Made by a program: the position numbers and the translations under genes | Notes under the pieces: generated by a model | Seen by the model: only the letters and a program-made list of their open reading frames with translations | Databases searched by the model: none | What the model was told of the DNA's origin: nothing | Shown: positions 27,681-40,375 of the stretch, piece after piece | How positions within the stretch are numbered: the first letter of the stretch is position 1 | Layout: the number at the start of each line of letters is the position of its first letter | Assembly (NCBI GenBank): GCA_013265495.1 | Contig: MU058718.1 | Location: 1,178,001 to 1,242,000, forward strand | Reading direction: 5' to 3' | DNA length: 64,000 bases | Origin: Vicugna vicugna | Taxonomy: Eukaryota

Positions 27681-28271
27681 TATTCTGCAATATTCCCTTC
27701 TGAACAGGCAAGTCTGCAGTGCCCGCACTGTGTCTATAATGGCCCCTCTGATCCGAGTTAAAGGCGAACATCTGCAGCGCTCTGAATATTGACTGCTGTG
27801 CTCTGTCCTCGGCCAAAGCAGGGACATCTGTGGTGGCAGCGTGACTGTCTACCAATGCTGCTTATGTTCCCTCTGCCCAAATGTGCAGCTGTTTCCTGGG
27901 TGGAAAAGTAAGGGACCAGCAAAAATCAGACAAAATAACAGCACTTTCAGCAGGAGACCTGTGAGGATATTAGGCTCAAATTAAGAACTTTGTGCTACAA
28001 TATAAGCAATAGGGATATTAACACCATTTATTACATTCCTTATTCCGAACACTGCACTTTACATGCATTGTCCCTTGGACTCCTCATAAGAACATACTCA
28101 TTTACTAAGTAAGGAACTCAAGGCTCAGAAGGGTTAAGCAATTTGCCCAGGGTTGCATAGCTTGTAGGGGAGATACTCATTTCTTAGGGCAAGCCTGTAA
28201 GGTGAGGGGTGTGAGTTCTTTTAAACATATTAAAAAAACTGCAGCCTGGAGAAGTCAAGTGACTTGCTCAA

Positions 28272-28480
28272 GGCAGTGCAGTGCCATGGTTAAGAGGACT
28301 GGCTCTGGAGTTAGACTTCCTGGGTGTGAAGCCCCATGTTACCTGGGGCCAATTGTTGAACGCTTCTGGCCTCAGTTTCCTCATCTGTAAAACAGGTATA
28401 ACAGCTGCTTCATATGTTCTTAAAAAAACAAAATGAGTAAGCATACTTATATAGACTGGCTTAGCACCTGGTCCAAACCA
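28272..28480 (+). mobile_element. MIR SINE
   Basis: 'tggttaagaggactggctctggagttagacttcctgggt..gcctcagtttcctcatctgtaaaa'. Confidence 0.8.
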
Positions 28481-28896
28481 GGTATTTGGAAGCTCTTAGC
28501 CAGGGCTGCCACTAGCCTATGTGTGGAGCAGCCTGAGGACAACATGCCTGGTGTGCTGAGCAGAGGGGAGCTAGACATTCAGATATGCTTTGGTCCTTCT
28601 GGAGAAAAGAGGTGAATACTACTTTCTGGCTCCCAGTGGTAGGAGTCATGTTTCCCCCACAAAAGGGACTCCTAAATTTACCAACTCCATGGTTCAGAAA
28701 GTCACACCTTTTGAGTAGAATGTCTCTGCATTTCTGTCCACTACTAGCATTAATTGACCCAGAGAATTAGTAGGCTGCTGGCTTTGAAATTGTTTTGGGG
28801 AAGGACCTTCATTTGATGTGTGCTGAGCTCTGTGCAGTAACCTTTGTACTTCCATAGTGTAATGCAATTTTGTTTTCTTTAAGCTGCTTTCCTCAT

Positions 28897-29405
28897 CTTG
28901 GTAGCTAGTCTCCAAAGACGGTCCCACAATGAGCCACGCCTCTTGGTATGCACACTTTTGCGTAGACCTCTCTCACAGAAACGAGGCATGCTTTATGTAA
29001 CTGATAGCATATGGTAGAAGTGATGTGTGTGGTTTCTGAGGCTAGGGCATAATCAACCTAGCAGCCTGTGCCTTGGGTTCTTTGAAAGTTTGTTCTGGGG
29101 ATGGCCCGCTGCTGCGTAAGAAGTTCAGCTACTATGAGACTACCATGCTGTGATAAAGGCCAAGCTCTCCATGTTGAGGGGCTGCTTGGAGAAGAAGAGA
29201 CCCTGGCCAGCCCCCAGCAATTCCAGCCATCTAGGTGGGGTGCCAGATATATAGGGAAAAAGCCATTTTGGACATCCAGCCCAGCTGAGCCTTCAGCTAT
29301 CTGTAGCCCCATCCACCATCTGAGTGTAACTACATAAGACTGCAAGCAGGAAGTGCTCAGCTGAGCCCAGTCAAGCTATAGGACTATAAGAGATGACATT
29401 AAACA
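28897..29405 (+). mobile_element. MLT1 (MaLR) LTR
   Basis: 'tggtagctagtctccaaagacggtccc..gaagtgatgtgtgtggtttctgaggctagg..cagctgagcccagtcaa'. Confidence 0.7.
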
Positions 29406-30544
29406 TCAGGAAAATACTGTTCTAACCCCATGTAGTATTGAACTACATGTCTTTCTATTTGACTGTCATTTGCTTTCCCTTTTTGAATATAAGCTCAAAG
29501 ATGGCAATGATTTCATCTGTTTTATTCTCTTTTTTAATTCTCAATGCTGGTGACAGTATTTGATATACAGTAGGTCTACAATAAATATTTGTTGAATTAA
29601 TAAACACTTGAGAGGGAAGATGAATGTATCACAGATGAGGTTAATATGTTATAAAATGTTCATGGAATAAATGTTAGCCCACAGAAAACTTCTCACATCG
29701 GCTTCAACAGTAAAATCTGACATGTGAAGATGTTCATGATATATTAAGTAAAAAGGCTAGGTTTTAAGAATAAGTTTGCAAATCACTAAGTGTACCATAA
29801 TTCCATTTTTACAATGTTCTTAAGTGTATATTTGCAGAAAAAGAGTCCAAAAGCATATTCACCAAACTAATGACAATAGTTATCTCTGGGCGAAAAGTTC
29901 GCAATGGAATTTTGTTTTTTTCTAAGTGACTTTCACACACTTTCTAAAATGTTTAAAATAAAATTGCATTAGTTTTGTAATCAGAAAAAAATGTTATCTA
30001 GTAGAACTAAATTGGAGCATTGATATACCTATGTTGTCTCTATGTCCCTTCTGAGACCACAAAATTGAAGTCTTTCAGTTTCTTCTCAACCAGTTGAATA
30101 TGTTTCATGTGTATTTGTTCCGCTCATAGCTTCTCTAACTTCCAGTAGAGTCATAGCACAGCTCTTCCACCCACACAAAGAACAAAATAAAAGTAGGAAT
30201 AATTTGTTTGTGGCTGAAATAAATTCCTAGAATAGTTCCTATTGATCAAATCACCGAGCGATTGCTTGCGGAGTCATGAGCATTCCTTGGCCATCATCTG
30301 AGTATCCCGAACAGAGTAGGAAGTACTCCACTTTTAATCATACAGACACAAACCTTGCAGCCCATTGTGAAAGTAGCCAAGGGTAGCAAATTCCAGTTTG
30401 CTTCTGTCTCTGAGGTCCACATAAAAATGCTTTGAAACTCATAGAGAATGAAAATGCTTACCTCTTCCTGAGACAGAGAAAGAGAGAGAGGCCGTTGCGG
30501 GGGTAGCTCGCAAGGAAGCAGCAGGGCCCTGCCACTTCCCTATT

Positions 30545-30992
30545 CTGAATAAAGATACCCACGTCCTCATCCTCAAACCTATGACTCTGTTACCTTACCT
30601 GGGAAAAAGGACTTTGCAGGTGTGATTAAGTTAAGGGCCTTGAGATGGGGGAATTATCCTGGATTATCTGGGTGGGCCCTGTGTAATCACAAGTGTCCTC
30701 ATAAACAGAAGGGTCAGAGTCAGAGAAGGAAATATGATGCAGAAGCAGAGGACAGAGTGATGCTGGCCAGGAGCCAAGGAATGCCAGCAGCCTCCCTAAA
30801 CTGGAAAAGGCAAGGAAACAGATTCCCCCTGGAGCCTCCAGAAGGAACGCAACCCCACCAACACCCTGATTTTAGCCTAGTAAGACCCATTTTGGAATTC
30901 TGATCTCCAGAACTCTAAGATAATATATTTGTGTTGTTTTAAGCCATTAAGTTTGTGGTGGTTTGTTACAGCAGCAATAGAAAATTAATATG
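30545..30992 (+). mobile_element. MLT1D-like MaLR solo LTR
   Basis: 'aaaggactttgcaggtgtgattaagttaagg..gattatctgggtgggccc..ttttaagccattaagtttgtggt..ttgttacagcagcaatagaaaattaata'. Confidence 0.85.
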
Positions 30993-31659
30993 CCCAGATT
31001 CAAGGGGAGGAAACACAGACCCCCGTCTCTCAAAGGGAAGAGTGTCAAAGTCACATTCAAGAGCATGAGGGATGGAACACATTATTTCAGCCAGCTTTGA
31101 AAAATATGACCTCCCACACTGAGCTACTGAGTAGATGGGTAACTGTAGGTTTCTCTCTCTGGGCCTCAGTCTCCTTATCTGTAAAAGGAGAGGGTTGAGT
31201 GTAAGGATCTCAAATCTTCTGGACCCAAAATTTCCCATTCCTGTGATTGAAAGGGATGCTTCCTTGATGCTCATGACCATTTAGATACTACTTTAAATGG
31301 AATGGGATTGGAGAGCCTGGACCAGAGACCTTCAATAAAGTATGTGTGGTGAATTCCCTAGAAGATAAGTTTTGAGGCAGGGTTTATGTTTTTGTTCTAA
31401 AATTCAAAACATTTAAAGAAAGAAGAAAGAAAGGAAGAAAAAAACCATGAATTCTTTGAGGCAGTGACCGTTTCTTGTTCATCATAGGAGTCCCAGCACT
31501 TCACACGCATCTAGTCTAGCCTGTAGGTGACCTCCGAAGAATGCTGAGTGAAAACAAAAAGAGAAGGACCCAAGGTCCACTGCTACACCTGAGAACTGTT
31601 TGGGGTGGCGCATCCTTCAGCAGCTTACCAGGTAAGAACCCTTTCACCATTTTACTCTG

Positions 31660-32460
31660 GCAGTTAGTTCAATAGTCTTCTGATTGGTCTCTTTTATTGC
31701 TCTAAATACAGCAGCAAGAGTGATCCTGACAGACTGTAAGGTTGATCATGCCCTCCAGAGGCTTTGTGACCCACTTGTAATTAAAGCCAAAGTCCTTTCC
31801 AGGACCAGGACCAGGCTGCGGTGAGGGAGGCACACGACTTAAGGAGGCCCTCACTCTCGGGAGCCCACCCTGCCCTTGCACGTCCCTGAGAGTGAGTGCC
31901 TCCATTGGTGCACCCCAGGTCCTCCCCCATTTCTCTCTAGACACTGGCTGTTATTGTGGGTGCAAGGCCATCACCATCCAACCTCTCTCCACCCCCACTA
32001 CGCCTCTGACCTCACCTCCCCCAGCTTGGCTCACTCCGCTCAAGCACACTTGTCTCCTTGGTGTTTCCTGACACCCCAGGCCCACTTCCACCTCAGAGTT
32101 TACACTGCTCTTCCTTTTGACGGAACATGGTTTCCCCAGGTATCCATGTGACTGACTTCCTCATCTCCTTCAGGTCTCTGCTCAGATGTCACCTTTTCTG
32201 TGAAGCATTCCATGATGAGCCTATTTAATTCAACCTCATCACCATCTCTCTCTCCCACAGTATTTTTATTCTTAGTACCTGCTGCCATCTAACATGCTAT
32301 AGATTGTTTGTGTTTATTTTGTCAGTAGTCTGCTTTTCCTGATAGACTGTAAGAACCAGGAGGACAAGGATTTTTATCAGTTTTTCACTGCTCTGTGCCA
32401 GCATCTGGAACAGTACCTAGCACATTAGATGCTCAATAAAAATGTTAAATGAATGAATAT
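31660..32460 (+). mobile_element. L2 3' region
   Basis: 'ccttcaggtctctgctcagatgtcacc..tagactgtaag..ctggaacagtacctagcacattagatgctcaataaaaatgttaaatgaatgaat'. Confidence 0.8.
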
Positions 32461-32599
32461 CATGAGACAATTTGTTACATAAAGTCATGGAGAATAGAGA
32501 ATTATAGGATTTTAGAATAAACAGGGGCTTTACTAAAGGAATCAGCAAACTATGACCCCAAATCTGTTTTTGTATGGTCTATGAGCTAACAATGGTCTT

Positions 32600-33052
32600 T
32601 TAAATTGAACTGTGTACTCCCACCCCCATTCATATGTTGAGGTCCTAACCATCAGTGCCTCAGAATGTGACCTTATTTGGAAAAAGGGTCACTGCAAGAT
32701 GTAATTAGTTAATGTCACACTGGAGTAGGGTGGGGCCCTAACCTAATATGGCTGGTGTCCCAACAGAAAGGAGAAATTTGGACACAGACACACAGGAAGA
32801 ACACCATGTGGACATAAAGGTAGAAATTGGGCTGAAGCTTCTACCAGCCAAGGAGTGCCAGAGATGGCCAGCGAAGCACAGCTGCTGGGAGAGGATAGAG
32901 CAGCTTCTCCCTGGTAGCCCTCAGGTGGAACTGACCCTGCTGACACCTTGATCTCTGACTTCTGGCTTCCAGAGCTGTGAAACAATACGTTTCTGTTGTT
33001 AAAGCACATCGTTTGTGGTACTTTGTTACAGCAACCCTCAGAAACCAATACA
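32600..33052 (+). mobile_element. MLT1B/C-like MaLR LTR nested in a MER58-type element (32535-33220)
   Basis: LTR 'cattcatatgttgaggtcctaacc..cctcagaatgtgaccttatttgg..gtttgtggtactttgttacagcaaccctcagaaaccaataca', flanked by MER58 halves 'tcagcaaactatg' and 'ggcccacaaagcccaaaagattt..ggtcctttaca'. Confidence 0.8.
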
Positions 33053-34384
33053 AAGGGTCTGTACATCTGTAAACAATTGTAGGAGGAGGAGGAGTAGGGG
33101 TGGGGCAGGAGAGGGGGTCAGGGAAGGAAAGGAAGAAGAAATAGTGACAGGAGGGATCTGGCCCACAAAGCCCAAAAGATTTGCTGCCTGGTCCTTTACA
33201 AAAAAGCTTGTTTTGACACCTCAAGTTTATCATGTAGCCCATAGAATTCATGAAGAAATGGTGGCCTCTAGAAATAAAATCACGTATCTAAGTTAATATA
33301 TATATTATGAACTGATTTTAGCTATACCTAAAACCAGGCTGACTTTACATTTATTTTTTAAAAATCATACTACAGTGACTACTGCAATTTTAAAAATCAT
33401 TTCATCAATTTCCCCTTGTTTAAAGTGCCAAAATGTTACTAAAAAGATGTTTTCATCTATTTTTTCCAGCCCAGTAACCTGAGTCCCTTACAGAAACATA
33501 CTGTAAAATTCATACATAATTCAAACATGAAAATTCATAATTTTTGAGCAAAGTACCTACTGTGATCTATATTTTTTAATTTTTGCTTTTGGGCCTTGCC
33601 CTCCAGCAACTCATTTTCTGTGATACTGATTCTCAAGCCATAATTAAAACAAAGATCAAGAACAGATGTCTGCCTGCTCTCTGGAACATCCACAAACCAT
33701 GTAGTGTAGAGTTCAGTATTATGGATTTTGTACTAAAGAGAAACAAAATGGAGAATTAACTGTTGAGCCAAGCCACATATAAATGCTAAAGGCATAAGAA
33801 AGTATTTAAAAGAAAGTGGACCAAAGCTTGTGGTAGTTCTTTTACTGTACCATTAACTCAGAGAATAGCAAAATGAATCTGTTTTTGTCTTCATCAGTTG
33901 CATGACTTGATGATATAGATAAAAAAAAAAGAGCTATATTCTTGCTAACTCACTTTGGGTGAGATATTTAACCACTTGGGGGTGGGAGTGGATCTCAGTT
34001 TTGCCATCTACTAGCTGCCAAAGATGATAGTTCTTACTGCAGAGTTTTACTAGAAGGGGTGCAGGAGTGGAGGGCAGAGTGCTTTCCCTTCTAAGACTGC
34101 CTAATTAGTGGAAGCATAGATGCCACTAAAAAGGAACTGTGTGTATCAGTTTCTATTAGGATGCTAGTGAAGCTGAACCATGGAGGAAATGAAAGTGAAT
34201 GGGATAAAGACAGTTTTCCAGCAAAGAGTCTATGAGAATACTGAACACCTTGAGTGGGGCTGCTCTGTTTCAGACTGCTATACTTTTGCATAAAATGCAC
34301 AAGTACCATAGGAATTACATTTGCCTTAATCTGAACAAATTTTGTTCTTTTTCTAATCTCTCCTTGCCAAAGCAGGGACCTCAT

Positions 34385-34605
34385 CTGGAGTTGAAATCTG
34401 ATATTTGTTAGCTGGGTGGCCTTCAGGAATTTACTTAACCTCTCTGTGCCTCTCTTTCTTCAAACGTTAAAAAAAAAAAAAGAGGGGGAGTGTGGGAAGG
34501 AAATAACTATAGTATATAAATCATGAGTCATTTCAAAGATTAAATGAGATAATCAAACATGAATGCCCCTGACAATGGTCAGGAATCCAAAGTATGTTGA
34601 TTTTC
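34385..34605 (+). mobile_element. MIR SINE
   Basis: 'ttacttaacctctctgtgcctc..gattaaatgagataat'. Confidence 0.7.
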
Positions 34606-36259
34606 CTTAAAAGTATAAGGTTGAAGAACATATGCAAATAGTCACATAATTATAATTATTTACATAATTGTTCATCTAATTATAACTAGCAGGTGGAAAC
34701 CCATCCGCATTTATTTTCATAAATGCCACTAGCCTTATGTTTTGTGATCTGTAAATTAGTTTCACATACACTCCAGTATTTGATGTACACATTAAGAATC
34801 TCAGAGTCTTAAGTTCATCGGTGGCGGGTCCAGCTAACGTGGGGCAGAGCAGGGTACTGGGTTCCAGGTCACACATCTGCTCTTCTGTCAGCATCCTTTC
34901 CCCTATTGTGTGGGCTCTACATGGAGAGACATTTCTGCTGTCTCAGTGAAGATTAAGAACATTTTGCTATGTACCACTGAATCAAGGTGTGTGTGTGCAA
35001 CTTGGAGGTATTATCCTAACAAGAAGGATTTACCACATGCACCCATAGTCTAGAGGTTTTTAACCTCTCCTGGGTTCCAAATCCCTCTGAAAATTTGATA
35101 AAATTATGTTCCCTTGCCTGCACTTTTACACTTACACCCAAACTTGTATGCATAAATTTTTGTGGTTTTCACAGATCCCCTAAAATCCATCCAGGGAATC
35201 TCTAATTTAAAGATTGTTGTATTTAAATTAAATGCTAAAGAAAGCCAGCAGACACTTTTATATTCCCCTTAAGACCTTTAATTTTCAGTCCTCCAGTTTC
35301 TATCCCCATTTTTCTTTCTGGATTTTATCTAAAGCTGGGGAAAAAAAACTATCCAAACTCCCCAGGTTCTAGCTAAAGAACTAGTCAGATGCAGGAGTGG
35401 CACAGAACATTTTGGTGCAAACTGAAGACATATTTACCCATTACCTGTAGTTGACACCCTAACATGTAGGGAGCAAAGAAGGAACAGAAAGATTTTCAGA
35501 ATAAAAATCAGAATTCTGAGGCAAAGACTTCATAATCCAGCCTGCCATCCCTTTGTACTGAATCACCTTACTATCTTTCATTTTGAATTTGCTTCCGAGA
35601 AGGCTGCCCCCCCCCCCCCGACCAAGGTTGTTTGGCCATGACCCACTGCTGCACCAAAGACTATCTGAAGCCTCTTCCAGCGAACTCACACCTCCTGCTG
35701 GCCTTCCTCCTGCCAGGTCCTTGCTCCTCCTCTTCCTAGCCCTGTAAGTCTTACCTCCCCAGTGCTGCACAAACTCGCAGCTACCGCTGCGGGGCTTGAC
35801 CAGTAGAAACAGCAGATCCCATGAGCCCAGACACCTGGGGAGGCACATTTTTTTCCCCTTACCTGATGGGAAAACCCAGAATCTGCTGCCTGGACAACAT
35901 GTCATCAGGTAGAACTGGTAGTGGAAAGGGTGGCTAGCTAGGGAGGAAAGCTTAACAAATACTATCCAAATCTGGCATTTGAAAGTATTATTGGGACTCA
36001 GGTACCATATGCCCCAACATATCTAAGGGTGAGGGCAGGGCATAGGGAACTGCAGGGAGGAGTAAAATTGTCTCAAGAACCATGTTAAGAACCTCTTGCC
36101 TTCCTTTCTGCCTCCCTTTCCCTCCTTCCCTCCTCTCTCCCTCCTTTTTTTCCTTCCTACTTTCCCCATTTCCCCCTTCCTTTCCTTCTTTGTTCCCTTT
36201 CTCCATCTGCAGGAATGGCCTAGAGTTTCCAAGTCTAGGGAGATGACAAAAGAGGTGGG

Positions 36260-37480
36260 AACTGGGCGTCTCGGAAGCCTCTCTATGAGGCTGGATGAAA
36301 AATCTGTGCGGGTGGCTCCCCGGGTTGCCCGGGCTGCCCGGCGCTCGCTGTTTATTCAAGTCAGGGTCAGATTAGCCACCTGGGGCACAAATCCTGCAAA
36401 ACGAGTCTGAGAGCAGGGCGAGCTGTTGCAGGTAGGAAGGTGTAGTCGCCAAGCTAAAAATAACGCCGAACCGCACGCGACCAGGCGGTGCGGGAAGCGA
36501 GGTGGCCTCCACCCACAGCGCCGACACCCTGTGCCCGCCGGGCAGTCCCAGCCGGCGTCTGAGTGGAGAGGGCGCAGGGTGAGGAGCTAGAGCGAGGCCC
36601 CCGCAGGCAGGCGGCGAGGAGCGGGGAGGCACTGGGGCTGCGAGTCTCCTGCCCTCGGCCTGCTGGGCATCTGCGACGGCAGAGGAGGAGCGCGGCTGCG
36701 AGTCCCGGGCGTGTGCACCTGCCCCTCCGCCGCCGCCTGCGCAGGTGAGAGCAGGGTGTCGCCGTCACTCGGCAGACGCGGGTCGGCCCCTTCCTCCGCC
36801 TCTCACCCCACACCCTTTACTCACAACTTAGGGTCCTCCCACCCCTCTTCGATTTCTCTGACTCCTTGAATCCAAGTTTGTGTGATCTCTGAGCCCAGCT
36901 TCGGGGACTTCAGGGCTCGAAAAGGGCCAATCCCCGGCCACGTGCACTTCAGATCTCTCTGTGACCGAGCTGGGACTCTGCTTTGGCGAGGGGGCGAGAG
37001 GCACTCCTTCGGAGCCCTGTTTTCTCTGTCACTTTCATGTCCCCAGCCCAGTTCCCCAAGCCGGGGGCTTATGTAACCTGGAGAATCATAGAGCCTATGT
37101 CTTTCTCTGAAGCTGTTACCTCTCCTTTGGGCTTCGTGCATTTCTGTTCTATGAAGTAAGCATCTCGTGTCCCTGACTTTTTTTCCCCAGAGACTGACGC
37201 TTTGCAATGCCCAGTCCGAGCCTCTCAGCCAGAAGAGGTGTACAAAGTGCAGATGCCCCCAGGCGCTTCCCTTCGGGCCCAGCGGTTCCTGCCCTCCCCT
37301 GCTGGGGAAAAACGCAGGCGGCTGCGGCGGCGGCAGCATCTTGTCCTCTACCTTGGTCTGCGCTGGTCCCCAGAGGCAAGGCCTTGGTTAGTGTTAACTG
37401 CTCTTCTTGGGGAGCCTCCAGAGTAGACTCCCTGAAGCCACAGGTCGGTTTCTTCCCTGCTGCGGCTACCACGTGACTAC
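36260..37480. promoter_or_regulatory. Upstream CpG island ~6 kb 5' of BMP4 exon 1A
   Basis: Dense CpG/GC block (e.g. 36440-36820, 37260-37340) in AT-rich surroundings, with no recognisable repeat or coding signature. Confidence 0.8.
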
Positions 37481-37611
37481 AGATCTTACTTCTCCTAGCT
37501 TTGCTTCTGCAACCCTTTGGTTGCCTGAGGTGACTGGAAACATTGTCACTTGCTGGTAGACTTCAAATAATGGTCAAAGAAAATAAATCTAAGAAATCAT
37601 TTCAAAAGAAT

Positions 37612-37760
37612 ATTTTTAGTAGTTGAAAGATAACCTGAATAGAAAAGTGCACAAATCTTATGTATACAACCTGATGAGTTTTCACGAAGTGAGCATTGTC
37701 AGCAAGCATGTTTGAGTGTTTATTACATCTAGACATAATCCCTGAGGAAATTACAAATAA
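37612..37760 (-). mobile_element. Old L1M 3' fragment
   Basis: 'tagaaaagtgcacaaatcttatgtatacaacctgatgagttttcac'. Confidence 0.6.
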
Positions 37761-39099
37761 TACACTTTTATTCTTGAAAAGGACATTGGTGCCGAGGACC
37801 TTCCTCCCCAAGGACCTTGAAATATTTAGGCTATTTGTAAAAAATCCCAGTTTTATTTACACAATAAAAATTTCTTGGATCATATACTCCTTTGGACAAA
37901 ATTTTTCTTGCAAAAGACTAGAAAGCTGTTAAGCACGAGTTGAGGGGAGAATGTTAGATGGTATTGCCTAGTTGACATCTGGTTGGGAAACACTTGGTAC
38001 AGCCTGATGTCCATGTAGGACTCTGCTCCTGCTTCCAAAATGTTTATACTGCATTGTATGCAGGTCACACTGTTCATGCACGACAGGGAGAGAAAGAGAA
38101 TAAGAAGGATGGTGCGCTGAGAATGAAGACATTCCAAGATTTTAACCTTTTTGCCCCATTACATAATAATTTATTTCCAAAAAGCATCCCTGCTGTAGAA
38201 TCTGGTGGGTGCAAGCCGACCAGTTTTTAAGCAAAGGAAGCCTAAAACAGGGAGGAGCCAAATACCCTTCATTGTATGCCACTCCCATCCTCTTTGTCAT
38301 AACCCTTCCGAGGAAAGGGAGGAATTTCAATATCCATGCCCTGTCTGCCATCCACATGTTAAACATGTTAAGACATAAAAGCAGTCTTTTCATCTGTCTG
38401 ATCTCTCTGGAGTCTTCATTAGAGTTCTCGGTCCATTTCTGATGGTCTGCTTTAAAGGATTAAAAAAACAAACCAACCATGTTTCAGAAGGTAGCAAGAC
38501 AACAATGTAAGGCACAGGGAACTGAAGTGGTGGTAACATTTTGTTTTGTTCATGAGAAAATACTAGAATCCAGTATTATTTAGCTTTGAGTGAGGTATTT
38601 AAAGGGTTGACAGCAGTCTCAAATGTTTGGAGAAGGAAATTTTTGCAACCAGGTTTAAATCTCTTCTGCAGACCAGGGAAAAGGAAGTGGGTTTACATTT
38701 TAGCAAGAGGTAGAAAGAAAAATTGTTAAAAGTCAGAAGTGTTAGGGATCAGAAAAATCAGAGATGAGAAATGCTTTGGATAAGTCATCTGGTCTGTTTC
38801 CTTGCTCTCAGTAGTTACGACTGCCTGCTTTGACAGGCACTAGTTATCTTGGCAGAGATATGCTCTTGGGTCAGATCTGTACAGATAAATCGTAATGGTT
38901 GTTAACTCAGTGCATGCAAATTCACGTCAACAGCCTATATTCAGTCAACACCGGAGATGTGTGCAGTGCCAATGATTACAAAATCAATGTGAGATATAAC
39001 CGCTGCTTTAAAAAGTTTATCACTAACCATAAATAAAACTCAAGACCAGGGTGGCTCTTCACCTACTTTGCTCATATAATCGTTACCTTTGCAAAGACT

Positions 39100-39385
39100 A
39101 ATAATAGCTAATATCTATTGTGCACTTATGTGCCTGCCATTTTATTACATTAACTCATTTAATGCTCATAAAAACATTATAAAATAGGAATTATTACTCT
39201 CAGATTACAAATGAAGAAACCAAGACTCTAGACGTTAAGCCATCTGACTGTGATTTTAACTCGTAGAGATACTGTTTCTTGATCTTGGGGCCTGAGAAAA
39301 GACCTGTGAGGAATCTGGTCCATCCTCACATTTTACAATGAGGAAATGGAGACCAGCAAAGGTAAGCAGCCTCTTACTCAAGATC
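39100..39385 (-). mobile_element. MIR SINE fragments
   Basis: 'aatagctaatatctattg..cattaactcatttaat..acaaatgaagaaacc' and 'ttttacaatgaggaaatggagacc'. Confidence 0.65.
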
Positions 39386-40199
39386 ACAACCTTTTCCCAG
39401 GGAAGGTCACATGAAGTCTTGTCCTAAGGTGGGCTATGTAATAATAAGAGCAGGAGGAGATAAGCTTCTGGGTCTTGATTTTGTTTTGTCCTCTAAGAAC
39501 CAGGAAGATAACTGAAATTCTCCGAAAGAGCATGCTGCAAGGAGAGTGCTGCAGCCGGTGTCCTGGCCTTGGGACAGCCCCCCAGGACAAGTCAGGAACT
39601 GTGGCCACGGGGATCCTTCCACCTCTCTGCAGGCCCAGCTCAGGGATTGTGGGGGTGAAAAACTGAGCTGGTCTGAATTTTGGGACTACCACCTACTAGC
39701 TCTGGGACCTTGAGCAACTCTCTCACCTTCAGATTCTCATTTGTAGAACTGAGTTTTTACGAGGGTTATTATGAGGGCTAGACAGCAAATATAGGACAAA
39801 TGGTAAATATTAATAAGAGAAACAAATGGCTTCTGAGATCCTTCATAATTCCAATTCCAATTTATCTTACTGCTTCTCAAAAGTCAGCAGTGATGCTGGG
39901 AATTTCTTCCAAGTACCCCCATGGCTTCAAAAGACACTTCATTAGCAAAGAATGTTTGAAGACTTGATGGGGTTTTTAGTCAAGGACCTAGAAGCAAGGA
40001 CTACTCCATCTGTAGGATTAGAAATCTTTTCACTTGTAAGACCTATTTGGTGTTCTCTGGATATAGTAATGCTATGATTACCATATTCAACAATTTATAA
40101 AGCACAAGCCAAGTATATTCCTTGCCTGTTTAATAATGTCTTGGTATCAGCCTTTTAATGGTGTCTATCAGCCCTGAAAATATAAGTGAAATAACTTAA

Positions 40200-40375
40200 A
40201 GCAGTAGTTTAAGCTTTTGAGTGTTCAGAATCATCAGGGAATCTTGTGAAATATGTACATTTCTGGGTCCAGATCTCAGGCAGCACGGTCAGGAAATCTG
40301 CATTTTCATCAGCACCTCCAGCCTTGTTCTGAAGCTTATGGTCCTCAGAACATACCTTGAGAAAGGCTGTTCTAA
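40200..40375. mobile_element. MER5-type DNA transposon
   Basis: 'cagaatcatcagggaatcttgt..caggaaatctgcatttt..cataccttgagaaaggctg'. Confidence 0.6.

Noticed and set aside
35459..37476. Overlapping ORFs over the upstream CpG island
   Set aside because: GC-content artefacts; no homology recognised.
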